A stretch of 64,000 nucleotides of DNA from Salisapilia sapeloensis CBS 127946 (Eukaryota; Protista; Oomycota): NCBI GenBank assembly GCA_023334545.1, contig JAADVB010000009.1, forward strand, positions 62,001 through 126,000, given 5' to 3'. Within the stretch, counting starts at the first letter, position 1, and every line of letters starts with the position of its first letter. The notes beneath the pieces are model-generated. The model ran no database searches and had not been told where the DNA came from. It was given only the letters and a program-made list of their open reading frames with translations. Of this stretch, positions 10,962 to 22,880 are shown one piece after another. The translations under genes and the position numbers were made by a program.

Positions 10962-12103
10962 CTTCTCTCGAGTCCACGTGTGAAAGTAGAAAAGTTGACG
11001 TCGAAGGTAGAGGTATGGAAAAAGAGAAAAAATGCGCGCTTGACGTCTTGTGCTTTGCCGTTTCTTTTCGATTGTGTCGATTCGGCTGCTTTCTTCCGGC
11101 AGTAAGTGACGTATACAAAAATCAAGTGCAGCAAACCATTAGCTTATTTCTCCGACCTTTTTATAAAAATTGGCAGGGCGGAATGCAACGACGTTCTTTT
11201 ACAAGCGTTTTAAGCACGATCGGACGTTGCTGCCGGTTTGTTCGTGCTGGTGGATAGTATCTGGGGATGTACGAGGTAGGAGAGGTAATGTTGATAAGAT
11301 GAATATGATTCTTGAAGTGGGATGTGTACGGTGGGTGGTGCGGAACTTAATTGAGACCAGCATTTTGGAGGATGAGCTGCAACCATGGCTGCATAAATAG
11401 TCGATTTGCGACCGATCGCAATGGTTTCGCTTCAGGTGTAATCGTATACAGCACGGATTCGTGTTTGCTGTAGATTTGAGGAACATCTACTTTGACAGTT
11501 GCACTCGAAATGAGTTAAACAGTGATTAAGATAGTCAAATTAGATCGCATTCATAAATCGACTAGTTTATGAATGATAATCTGGGTATCATATCTCTCTT
11601 TTGATATAATCAAACATGCCTGGTACTGTCATCAAAAGGGGTGCTTTCCTTCATACGACTATGATAATATATGCAGGATGTTTCGATGTTGAAGTGGAGA
11701 CAGATGGCCCGATTGGATCCCAAGAATCCTGTCGTGTATCATCCAAGATACAATCCAGAATTCTCCAAGCACCTTTGATCTCTCATTCAAATAAAATTGT
11801 AGCAACATAGGTAGATTGCTACAATACTCATGGCAGTTTGAAGTTGAGTTGAGGTTGAAGTGATGTTGAATTAGGCCATGTCTCGAACACGGCCTAAGCT
11901 ACAGGATTTTAGTGATGTCCTTACCCAGCTACCCTCTCATTCAACCCAAGCATTAAATCGAATACTTCCTGTAGATTCAGTAACTCATAAGTAAATTGTG
12001 AATATACACCAGAGCGAATAGCCACGGTCAAATTAAAGCGTATGTACATTCGAGCTTCATAATAATCCTAGATTGCACGATTGACGTGGTTAGCGTCTAA
12101 ACT

Positions 12104-13057
12104 TCAAGGACTTGCTTCATCATCTATTGCATTGTCATCCTTCTCTTCCTCTTCTGGATCTATATTGCCTTCGTTTCCACCTCGTTCTTCATCTTCTAAT
12201 CTTTTGCTTTCATCAACTTGACTTGTCTGCTTGTCGTCGCTATCGAACAACTCTTCTCTCTTTTTCTCATTCTCTGCTTCTTCACGTGCAGCTTCTTCAT
12301 CAATTTCCCGTTGCACTTGTTCCTCCATCGCTCGTTCCCGATCCCTCTTATCTTGAGCTCTCTTCTGTTGCCGTTCTCTCCAGCCTTCCAATTGACGCTC
12401 TCTCGAAGCTTTTGTGCGTTCCAGCCCGATAAAGCCGATGACCATTATAAGGCCAAACCAGAAGACCACGACTTGGTAGTGAGCGAACACGAACAGCGCA
12501 GGTGACTTGGATAGACATGACTGGAAACCCGATGCAGTAGCAGATACGACTTGTGATGTACCAAAGCCAGCAAACCAAACGATTGTTATGAATCCATACA
12601 CAAAGTAGAACAACCGAAGTGATCTGAGTGTAGTGATGGGTTTCGGTCCCATCCAGCAGTAGGCAAAGAACCAAAGTAAAATGTAGCTGAGTACCACTGC
12701 GCCAACAGAGAATGGCATCAGCCATGCATTGCAGTCGTTGGTCGCAACGTTAATCACCACTGTTCCAAACGTTGTAGTTACCAAGGCAGCGCACACAGGA
12801 GCGAGTGGAAACAAAAGTGTGATGCGTGTCCAATATTTTTTCTTTGATCGCTCGAGCTTGATGCGTGTGACTAGATCAAGTGGCTTCTTGTCAGCTTTCG
12901 GAGATCGAAACTTCGAAACGAAAGATGTTGTTAGTTTTGGTTGTAGCTCCACTTGAGAACTCTCTTTCTGATTAGCATCCTCCCCATCATGAATTTCGTC
13001 AAATTCATTCTCCTCCACGTCCATGACATCATCACTTTGCCTTCGCTTTTTGACCAT
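12104..13057 (-). CDS. Hypothetical 4-TM membrane protein with acidic N-terminus and coiled-coil/acidic C-terminus
   Basis: Single ORF with ATG at 13057. Four hydrophobic segments with luminal Cys (NDCNAWL; QSCLSKSPALF), followed by a charged helix and acidic tail. Confidence 0.75.
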   Translation of the reverse strand: MVKKRRQSDDVMDVEENEFDEIHDGEDANQKESSQVELQPKLTTSFVSKFRSPKADKKPLDLVTRIKLERSKKKYWTRITLLFPLAPVCAALVTTTFGTVVINVATNDCNAWLMPFSVGAVVLSYILLWFFAYCWMGPKPITTLRSLRLFYFVYGFITIVWFAGFGTSQVVSATASGFQSCLSKSPALFVFAHYQVVVFWFGLIMVIGFIGLERTKASRERQLEGWRERQQKRAQDKRDRERAMEEQVQREIDEEAAREEAENEKKREELFDSDDKQTSQVDESKRLEDEERGGNEGNIDPEEEEKDDNAIDDEASP

Positions 13058-13166
13058 TGTATGATAAGAGATTACCACTAGACACCTTCAAGCTCGGCAG
13101 TTTCAGCTTTTGCCAACTTTTACCAGTCTCACTTGTACGATACCTGCACCATTAAATGCTCATACC

Positions 13167-14195
13167 ATGCCACCTTCGAAGCACTCTGCAACTTCCAGCA
13201 CTGCATCTCTACCCACCGTTGAGTCACTTCGACTTGAAAGTGAAGAGCTCGCGTTGCGCCAAGAGCTTAAAGCTGCCCTAGAAAAAGCGCAACAAGCGGT
13301 TCGACAAGCAACTCCTATTCTTGGTTCCAATTCAGCTAAACTGGTTCCTTTCTATCTGACTTTATCCCAAATATCACTTCGAACACAGCAGCTTGCGCCT
13401 GCTGAGGAGGTCTTATCACTAGTGAATTGGATGCTTGTGAAAGACCGGTCAGCTGCAACTGCGACTACCAGTAACCTTACTAGCAATCATGGTGTTTCAA
13501 AAGATGTCGGAGCGACATTGAAGAATGAACTGTCGATAGAAACAGCAAACGTATATGCGGTGACCATGAACAAACTTTACAGTGAGCTCTATTTGGCAAC
13601 AGGAGACCGCGATCAAGCATTGCAAAGAGCTTCTCACGGCGCATACCATAGCTCCCTACTGTTCGGACCTGATCATATATACACCAGTGAGCTATACTTT
13701 ACCTTGGGAAACGTCTTCCTTGAGAGTCTCCATAAAGATGTACAAAAGCATCGACGAGATAGTGAAGAGGACATAAGAGGTCATGCACTCTCTATGTTTG
13801 ATAAAGTTGTGGAAATCTGGTACCACTTTCTATCTCATCCACCTGAGGACTCTGAAACTTGGCTGGCATCTCCGGTGCAAAAGATTCGTCTTTATAAGGC
13901 TGGTGAAATGATGCATACGATCCGACGTCTACGCATTCGAGTTCTCGGTGATAAACATTTGGCTGTTGGTGAAGCAAGCTATACGCTTGGGTTACTCTGT
14001 GCCTTTATTGGTGATTATGGCCAAGCAAAGCAACTAGTTGCTCAAGCTGTTGAGATCTACGAGATAAATTTGGTATGACTTGTCTGATCGTGTGCTCTAG
14101 TAGCTTCAATACTTATTTCTGGATTGTAGGGCGAAGATCATGCATCGACCAATGATGCAAGAAGCGCTTATGAACAATTACAAGCGCATGAGTAG
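13167..14195 (+). CDS. ZMYND12: ZMYND12-like TPR protein (axonemal inner-dynein associated), no MYND finger visible
   Basis: LVPFYLTLSQISL...AEEVLSLVNWMLVK, YHSSLLFGPDHIYTSELYFTLGNVF and MFDKVVEIWYHFL resemble the ZMYND12 C-terminal region. Intron 14073-14129 leads to GEDHASTNDARSAYEQLQAHE*. Confidence 0.7.
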
Positions 14196-15700
14196 TGGAG
14201 AGCGTGGAAGCAGTCCTGGCTCATCATGCATAAGATAGTATTCCGATGCTATCAATTTGTCAGCATTGCCGCTTTCGTCACAACCTTCGTGATTCACACG
14301 GCAGAGTTAAAAATGCTTTCTCCATTTCATCGTACACAGCAGTCCTTAATAGAGGTCAAAGTTACTAAAAATCCTGCTTAAATTGAGGCTTTGTTTATGC
14401 TTACTTCTACGCACAGATCTTGGCTATGCTTAATGTAAATTCAAGCCACCTCTGGAGGTCGTTTAGAATAATTTAAAGCAGAAAATCTACTCTTCATACG
14501 GCAACTTGCTCATTACTTCAACTTAATGCATGAAAATAAGCAAATGTATCTGCTTGTTTGTAGCTTTGAACGGACTGACAGTTGGCGCGGAAAGCTACTT
14601 AGAGTTAAAGCGATAGGCTGCGGAATATCGCTAAAAAATGCATCTTTGACCCCCTCATATCCGTGGAAATTCAACAAGAACAGGACAGAAAAGTGGAGCT
14701 TCGTAGATCTTGATGGTTGCCAAAGCGTAGTATTCTCCGGTTTACAACGAACATTATCATAGCTGTTCAAGCGGATATAGTAGTTTCCTGTCAATCTTTC
14801 TTTAGAGATGACATCCTTCATGCAGAGTAGAAACGACTGCTTGACAACATTAAGATAGAAATATGTATGTCTGGCCATGATGGTTATAGTGCCTTAGCTA
14901 GATATTATCGTAAACGAATTACCTGTCGGAATGAAGTCTTTATCATGTCTAACAGAGCACTCATTGAGATTAAGGCTCTACATTGCTTTAGAACGGGTTG
15001 CACGATGACTTTGCACTGGATGAATGATAGCAGTAGGTGAGTCCCTGCGTCCATTGCTGGATTTAACCGCTTTAATCCAACTTTATCTTTACTCGAGCTC
15101 CTCGTGCCCACACTGCGTAAGCCAATAGACAATGAAAGGAGACGATCTTACCAAACACGCCGCGGATGGGTTTGCTTTCTCGTTGTAGTGGAAACACATA
15201 TAAATTATGCTAGATAACTAGTTCGTCATATTTATGGTGGAAACAGCGCAGTATATCAAGTATTCACCAATTTGGTAACACCAAGGTTAATCCGTCATGA
15301 AAAACTAGTATTGAAAGAAGGTGCAAAGTGATCGAAAGCTATCGTAGCAAGTTCTCTAAACGTGGTCATGGAAACTTGGGCGTGGTTGACAAATTTGCGT
15401 AATGTACTTCATCTACAGCACTGGGATAGCTGAAAAGTCTTCGATGAATAAATAATGATCTTTAAAGCTCCTACGACAATGGATACCGACATAGATTACA
15501 AGAATATATTATCGCACAAACCTCTAATCATCAGCATGAGTATTCATCTGCTAATGCACTACGCCAAAACCTGCTCAAACATCGATGAATCGCCGCGCAT
15601 ACACGTATTTAAAAGCCTGATTGTATTGCTAAGCTTTTTGCCGAATTTATTATGCAATAAGTACTTCTACTAAGAAAAGATACGACAATAAGATATTGCC

Positions 15701-16676
15701 TTAACTAATGCTGCAGCACGCTTCATCATTGTCATTCTTTTTGCAAGGACTTGTGGCGAATGCAAACTAACGGACCACAGTAATTACAATTACATCTATC
15801 TTCAGTCGCTTGCAAAGGCTGATTTACCTGATGTTCACTCGCATGTTTTACTGGTGCGGATGGCACACAAAATATGCACAATGGAGGCTTTGCGATTGTA
15901 GGGGCAGCCCACTCTCGTGTAAGAGCTAGCTGATCAATCTGTCGGAATATATCATCTTCTGATTCTATCGTATTCATGTGAGTCTATGCGCATCTTTCGT
16001 TTACTTATTGCTAACGACGTACCCACTGAAGGCCGCTCGTGGATTAGCTGAATTGCTGTACCATCTCGCAACTCTGTCAATTTCTACACCAACGCGTAAG
16101 AGCTAGATACTAACTACAGCTCAGATTCAAACCATACTTCCACCCAGTGCTGCGCTGCCTTGTGGGAAATAGCTCGTAGTGTGATAATAGTTCCATTAAT
16201 CCCAAGCTTAAGTAACTTTGTTGTGTTTCGATCTACACGCGTAATCATTTTTCCACCGCCGGCAATGCGTTGTTCTCGTGAATCCCATACCTTCGTTCTC
16301 TTGCGGAGCTAAAGCAATGTGCGTTGCTGTGCGCATGTCGGTAGACATAATAGTCACTTGCTTCGAATGCTATGCAATACATAGTTTGTTACATGCACGA
16401 TGGATATTCATATTCGACACATACTCGAACGCGGTAGATGGAAAGTTGAAAACCGGTCGTTTGGAAGAGGAAGGGGCGCCACGTTCCGTCCAAGCGACGA
16501 TACTCGAGAAATCCTGTTCAATATGAAATTACCACATGCTGACCTGCCGTTTTGAGTCAAAAGTTACCAGATAAGCCTAGTATGAAAGTACATCAACTTC
16601 CGCAGCCACTTTAAATATCTACATGGTGTATACCAGCATCGTCTTCAATCACGTTGCTACTATTCGTCCGCATCAT
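15701..16676 (-). CDS. Cryptic 7-8-exon PH-domain protein not recovered by the ORF track
   Basis: Exons 16676-16634, 16576-16568, 16513-16425, 16369-16291, 16232-16138, 16083-16023 and 15964 onward. All six introns are GT..AG, 54-58 nt, with compatible phases. Product: MMRTNSSNVIEDDAGLSGFLEYRRLDGTWRPFLFQTTGFQLSIYRVRHSKQVTIMSTDMRTATHIALAPQENEDRNTTKLLKLGINGTIITLRAISHKAAQHWVEKLTELRDG... Stop at 15732, or 15701 if there is one more intron. Confidence 0.75.
16568..16576 (-). other. 9-nt coding microexon (GCTTATCTG)
   Basis: Flanked by ...ctag and gtaact..., between 57-nt and 54-nt introns. It supplies G-L-S-G at the start of the PH fold. Confidence 0.7.
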
Positions 16677-17117
16677 AGACCTCGTGGAAAACGCATAGTA
16701 AGCAGTTAAGTCACCACTATCTCTCGTCTTGGCTACTGCTTCATGAAAAGAAGGACTCCGTTCTCGTTCGGACTGGAACATCATCACATCTAGTCAATAT
16801 GAAAACTCTAGCATTGAGAAATAGGAGATCTCTACGTGTGGTGGTGTGCTCAATGAATCAGTCGTCGCACTCGACAGCGGTGGCGACTCGTCTTCCAACT
16901 TTCTCGCACCAACAACTTCTGCCTGCATCTTCCGTCCGATCGGACAAAATTGGAAATGTAACACATCGACGTACGAGAATAGTCGCACGCCTGGTCAAGC
17001 CATTCGTCACTGGTTACGACTCGAACGGCTCTTCAGACAAGTACTCGGCACAAATAAAACACAAGAAGATAAAATAGAAAACAAACTTCAAGCTAAGCTA
17101 AATCAATTTTCACTTCT

Positions 17118-18991
17118 TCACAAGGACATGCGACTCAAGTCGTCCGACACACGCCACAGGTTTTCCAAATCCTGAAACTCTTCCATCTTCAAATCCGACA
17201 TCCGACCAACGTCCCCGATTTCGTTCAAAAACACGTCCAAACTACCTCGCGGACCTTGCTGCGGATTGCTACCACTCGCACGCATTCTTCTCGCCGCAGA
17301 CGCTCGAGCCGCTTCTATACTCAGTCTCGGCTTCACCTTCTTTAACGATGGTTCGTTCGCATGAGACTTGTCGCCATCATCCGGATTCGTCTTCGGTTCC
17401 GTCGCTTGCTGACTCAGCTTTTGCGCAAACGCAGCAGCAGGGTTCGCATTTCCACTCGAATGGGATGATGGTGGCGTCGCTTTCCGTTTCTGATTCAGAT
17501 GCTGATTCTGCATAAACTTTGCGACTGGGTTGTCCACTTTTCCCGATGGGTAGGACGCTGGTGGGTCTACTTTCGGTTCGACTGATTGCTGAGGCGGCGG
17601 CTCTTGACTCGGCTCGGACGAAGACGAGTACGGTGCTTGGTAGCCATACTGGTCGTTGCTAGGATACGTCTGATACGGCATGGGCTGCGACGTGTACACT
17701 TGTGGTACAAGGCCGTACGCGTCGTGGGCAAAGGCGTACTGATCGGAGTATGGCTGCCGGTATCCGGGCATGATGGGGTTCATGGGGTTCATCTGGTTCT
17801 GATGCATGCCCATGGGCTGCATCGCTGGGTAGTTTACATTTTGGGACACTTCGTTCGGAGGGAACATGAGGTCCGGTCGAGAGACCATGTTCATGTTGTT
17901 ATTCGGAGGCATCCGACCAGAGTAGTTGTTCATCTGTACGTTGTTCTGCGGCGGTACGTGTCCCATGGGTGTGTATCCCATCTCCTGTCCATAACTCTGC
18001 GAATTCGAGGGCATTGAAGTCTGACCATTCTCCGAATACGGCGACGACTTCTCAGTTTGAGCCCGACGGGTGCTACCTTTTCGTACTCGACAAAGACTCT
18101 TCCACCGGATTTTCACCGCGTCCTCTGTCCTACCTGGAAGCATGGCGGCAATGGCCGACCATCGATTGCCCAGACGTGCCTGCGCATCTAAGATAATTCG
18201 ATCTTCTTCCGCCGAGTACTCTCCGCGAACGATGCTCGGATCCAAGTGGTTGTACCAACGTTCTCGACACTGCTTTGACGTTCGACCTGGGATCCGCATC
18301 GCCACCTGACCCCAATTCTTTCGACCTTCTGCTACTAATTTTTTGAGCAAGTTATCCTCATCCGGTCGCCAGTGGCCCTTGACGAGCCCTGGCGCAAGCA
18401 CTTTTGTCCATCGTTGAAGACACTGTGTGTGATTGCGACCAGGCACTTCTTCTGCAATGGATTTCCAATTACGTTCACCATGGCGTTGCACGGCTTCTCG
18501 TAACAAGTTGTCTTCCTCTGGGCTCCAACGCTTCGGGACAGCCTTGCCTTTGGATTTCATGAGTCGACGTGCCGAGCTTTGGGAGATGGCAATCTGGCCA
18601 TTTTCGTTCACGACGCAATCCATTTCATGTTGCTTCTGTCGAGGAACACCTTTGATTTCACTATACGTCCGCTTTGTACCTGGAGATACCTTTCCTTCTG
18701 GCGCATGTCTATCCAAAGGATTGGCATTAGATTGAATGTGAGTGCAATAGAGAGAACAAGAGAAGCGTACGTTTTGGGTGTGGATTGTGACATCGGCTTT
18801 TCACTCGAGTCGGCGTTCATACTGTTGCGATTGTGTCCTTCCGTAAACAGCATCTTGCCAAAGTCCGAGATGGATGCGCGACCCTCCGCTTCCGTCGGCA
18901 TATTCTCCAGCACTTCGTTCATCATCGTGCTGATAGAGTCGCGGTTAAAGCCGAGACTCATTGCTTCTAATGTTGAGGATGGAGGGGACAA
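17118..18991 (-). CDS. R1R2R3 (3R) MYB transcription factor
   Basis: Intron 18770-18709 joins ORF 18608-18991 to ORF 17118-18716 in frame. Three Myb repeats: KRWSPEED..W...W; GHWRPDED..W..KQCRERWYNHLDP; GEYSAEED...GNRWSAIA..LPGRTEDAVKIRW. Q/P/N/Y-rich C-terminal region. Confidence 0.92.
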
Positions 18992-19457
18992 AGGAAACAG
19001 GTACGAGGGCTGCAGCTAGCGGATGTACAAGTGATTCCTTTCCGACGAATAAGTTGCTGCACTGGCGGGCGGGATTTATGGCTCAAAAACCGGCTCTCTT
19101 CACAACAAAAAGAGACGGAGCATAATAAGGATGAGTGAAAACGCTGGGAACAAAATCTACAGTAAAGTGGGATCTCCGATTCCTCATGGCTGGTCGGAGA
19201 GTAGGCACAGCTTCAACGTTGACCAAGATAGTTCATCGACATCATAGTCAGCTAGCACGGGCAGAGTGTACTCGAGGAGTATGAAGGTTGCTTTCCCTGG
19301 ATTTTTATCGAACTGCGAAACTCACACTCGAGATGCCCTACGTTGAACGTGCATGCTTCCCCTTGTTTTGCGTGTCGTGATCTTTTCTCCGGCTCTTTGA
19401 ACACCTTTACCCAAGTTGCTACATCGATCCTCCAGTGAACCATGTGCAACGAGTTAA

Positions 19458-20123
<666 letters not shown>

Positions 20124-20194
20124 CTCCTACCATCCCAGTTGTACACTTTTAATCACCAAACAAAATCAATTGGTTCAAATGATGCGTGCTTTAT

Positions 20195-22336
20195 CTATTC
20201 GTCGTCACTAAACGACACAATGTCTTCTACCTGATCTTCTTCCTCCATATCTGCGTCTTCAACGTCCTCTACTGGCGCTTCACTCGTTGCCTTTGCCTTT
20301 GGCTTTTCGCCTTGTTTCTTCTTCTTCTTGGTTGCCTTTGTAACGGGTGCAGGCGTCGCTTCAACAACCTCTTGGGCTTGCGTCAGTGCCTTTTGAACGT
20401 CATCGCGGTCAGCGCTGGCCAACTTTGCCAGCCATTCCTTCCGTTCCTTTTGCATGAATGCTTCCGCTTGCTTCATATCGGACGGCGCAAACTCTGCACC
20501 AGCCCGTTGATCGCGCATCCATTTCGCTCGACTACGCAAGTGCTCTAGCACGCTCTTGGCCTGCGATTTCCATTTCGGCACAAGACAATTCTTCACGTAT
20601 TTGCTCAGTTGCTGTTCAACTGGCAAACTCCACTCCGGAAGTGCAATGTCAAATCGATGGAGGTCCACTTCTCTCTGCAGCAACTGCATCAATCGGTCAA
20701 ACACGAGATCGTGCACGTGACGATCTTCCACCGTTGCCTTGGCCAATTTAATGACAACATCCAAGTCCATTTTCGCAGTCGAACCCTTTAGAGCCTTTGC
20801 ATGCTTTCCCTTGCTACGCTTCGCCTGGTAAGAAGAATCGAACGGAGAGATCTCAAAGAGTTCGAGGAGAAGTGGTGCCGCGGGCACGTAGTGATTGGTT
20901 GCGGCTGCGATTTGTTGCAAAAAGCGCACGCACTGGAAACGCAGCGGTGCAAAGCGCAACGTCGATGCCAATCTCGCTTGCGCCAACAGCAACTGACACA
21001 ACGGATAGATCAGTGGTCGGAGTTGACTTTCATCCGGATAGGCACAGACGACTGCCGTCCAGACCTTTAGCTGATTGACAAACTTCCAGTTCAAGACAGC
21101 CTTGAACGAATCGGCGCTTGGAGAGGTGATGGTCTTGCGCAAGGCAATGGCTAATTGACGCAGGTAGACAAAGGCGTGCTGGTACGAAGAAGCAAAATCC
21201 AACCCGTACAGTTCAACGACACAGTTGCCAAGCAACACGTGATGCGGCCGCGTCGTTTCGTTCGTGAACTTGGCCTGACGCATGTAAAAGACGTAGGTAC
21301 CCTTTAAGCATAGTTCAAGGAACGGGAACGGCAACTGCAGCGCCATCTCGCGAATACGAACGAACGCGAGGAGCGTCACTTGCGGCTGATGGACCGAGTT
21401 TGCCCATGCTTTCAGTAAGGTTCGGAGTAGCTTTTTTGCCGTGGGAGAGGCCATTGCAGGTGTCAACAGTGGAATATATGGCTGCAACTCGCGCAGCACA
21501 AAGACGTGGACGTCCGATGCCGTCGTTTCCTCTAAAAGATACCGGACGCATTGGAAGAAACGACGCAGGACGAGCGCATTGCGTTTCCATTTTTTCTCGT
21601 CCACGCTCTTGCCTTTGTCATCGGCACTCTTGCCGGTCACGAGTGCCATGAAAGAGACATGCGCGCGTCGGAAGACATCCATCATTAGTTTCGTGTAGAC
21701 CGCGCTACTGTGCACTTCATACACCAGCGACGTCGTGTCTGCGGCCGAGCCAGATCGGCACGCATCACTAAACATGCGGATCAGCTGACGCAGCGCGCTT
21801 GCTGAATTTTTTTCAAAGGCTTCCTTTTCGACCTTGGTCAGCATGTCCATTGTGATAGTCTGTTTGGCAGCTGCATCCACTTGTTCCTCTTCCTCTTGCG
21901 CATCCTCATCTTCGCCAGCTTCATCCTGCTCTTGGTCTTCATCGTCGTCGTCCTTAATCTCGGGCAATTTTGGCAGTCCTTGCATGTAGCGAGGGTCGAG
22001 TGCATCCTCATCTTCCTCTTCACTGCTACTGTCGTCCTGGTCATCCATTGCTTGGTCGTCATCTGCTTCCGCCGTTTCTTCCGCATCTTCCGGATCCGAC
22101 TCTAGGAAGTTCCCGTTCAAAAACTCGTCGACGTCCATTTCGTCCATCATGTCCGGCTCATCCGGTTTCGCAGCTGCCTCGACTTCATCGACGGCGGCGG
22201 GTTTCTTGGACTGGTCTCGACGCTGCTGCTTTTTCTGTCGCTGGGCATTGATCTTCTTCCTTTCGTTCCGTTTCTTGAGAGTCTTTTTCAAGTTGCCTTT
22301 AGCCATAAACTTGGCCGTCTTCTTCTGCGACCCCAT
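20195..22336 (-). CDS. NOC2: Nucleolar complex protein 2 (Noc2) family
   Basis: Basic N-terminus, MDVDEFL motif and acidic tract, then LKGTYVFYMRQAKFTN, NCVVELY, YQHAFVYLRQLAIALR, VLNWKF, LRPLIYPLCQ and PAAPLLLELF. Confidence 0.93.
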   Translation of the reverse strand: MGSQKKTAKFMAKGNLKKTLKKRNERKKINAQRQKKQQRRDQSKKPAAVDEVEAAAKPDEPDMMDEMDVDEFLNGNFLESDPEDAEETAEADDDQAMDDQDDSSSEEEDEDALDPRYMQGLPKLPEIKDDDDEDQEQDEAGEDEDAQEEEEQVDAAAKQTITMDMLTKVEKEAFEKNSASALRQLIRMFSDACRSGSAADTTSLVYEVHSSAVYTKLMMDVFRRAHVSFMALVTGKSADDKGKSVDEKKWKRNALVLRRFFQCVRYLLEETTASDVHVFVLRELQPYIPLLTPAMASPTAKKLLRTLLKAWANSVHQPQVTLLAFVRIREMALQLPFPFLELCLKGTYVFYMRQAKFTNETTRPHHVLLGNCVVELYGLDFASSYQHAFVYLRQLAIALRKTITSPSADSFKAVLNWKFVNQLKVWTAVVCAYPDESQLRPLIYPLCQLLLAQARLASTLRFAPLRFQCVRFLQQIAAATNHYVPAAPLLLELFEISPFDSSYQAKRSKGKHAKALKGSTAKMDLDVVIKLAKATVEDRHVHDLVFDRLMQLLQREVDLHRFDIALPEWSLPVEQQLSKYVKNCLVPKWKSQAKSVLEHLRSRAKWMRDQRAGAEFAPSDMKQAEAFMQKERKEWLAKLASADRDDVQKALTQAQEVVEATPAPVTKATKKKKKQGEKPKAKATSEAPVEDVEDADMEEEDQVEDIVSFSDDE

Positions 22337-22880
22337 TGTCCACTACGCCGTTTGTTGGTTCTGAAAGGTGTTGGCTCCAGTCATGGCACCGAGGGTGGTC
22401 CACATACTTTAGACCTGTACCACGAGTGTGCCCAGAGGGATCGAATTTTTTCATCTTTTTGACGGTTGAATCTTCAACCGACGGTTAAAAGTTTGTCCGG
22501 GCCATCTTTCGGTCTGATTCATTATTTGCTGCGTTGTCTATGTTTAAACCTTCCACGTTGTAACAGTGCATATCATACTCGTCGAGTAAAATGGTATGCT
22601 GACACGACATAAAAAGTTTGCCTAGGGGCGTCGATTTCGCTAAAATATTGGCCCGCATGAGCGTGTCGAGCGACTTATACATAAAACAAGATCAGTTTGG
22701 CTCACTGTCTCGTGCACGTGCTCGAGTTGGCTACATCGGGTCACCAGCTGCGTCCATACAAAGAGCAAGTATGCAGTGGAATCCATGACACAAATAACCG
22801 CACTCTAGAAGTCCACAGTCGTAAAAACTCACGCTCTCGAACGATCGGCCGAGCTTCCCATCCTGCACGCTACATCCGAC

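Noticed and set aside
11360-11465. Minus-strand IRAVYDY resembling an SH3 start upstream of fimbrin
   Set aside because: A stop follows immediately and the ELSF, WW and PxNY motifs are not convincing.
11548-11575. 10-bp perfect inverted repeat CATTCATAAA/TTTATGAATG
   Set aside because: About one such AT-rich hairpin is expected by chance in 64 kb, and there is no supporting context.
15732-15880. Cys-rich CNYCGPLVC stretch as a FYVE remnant
   Set aside because: Too few ligands, ends in H rather than C, and it may be intronic in the PH gene's last exon region.
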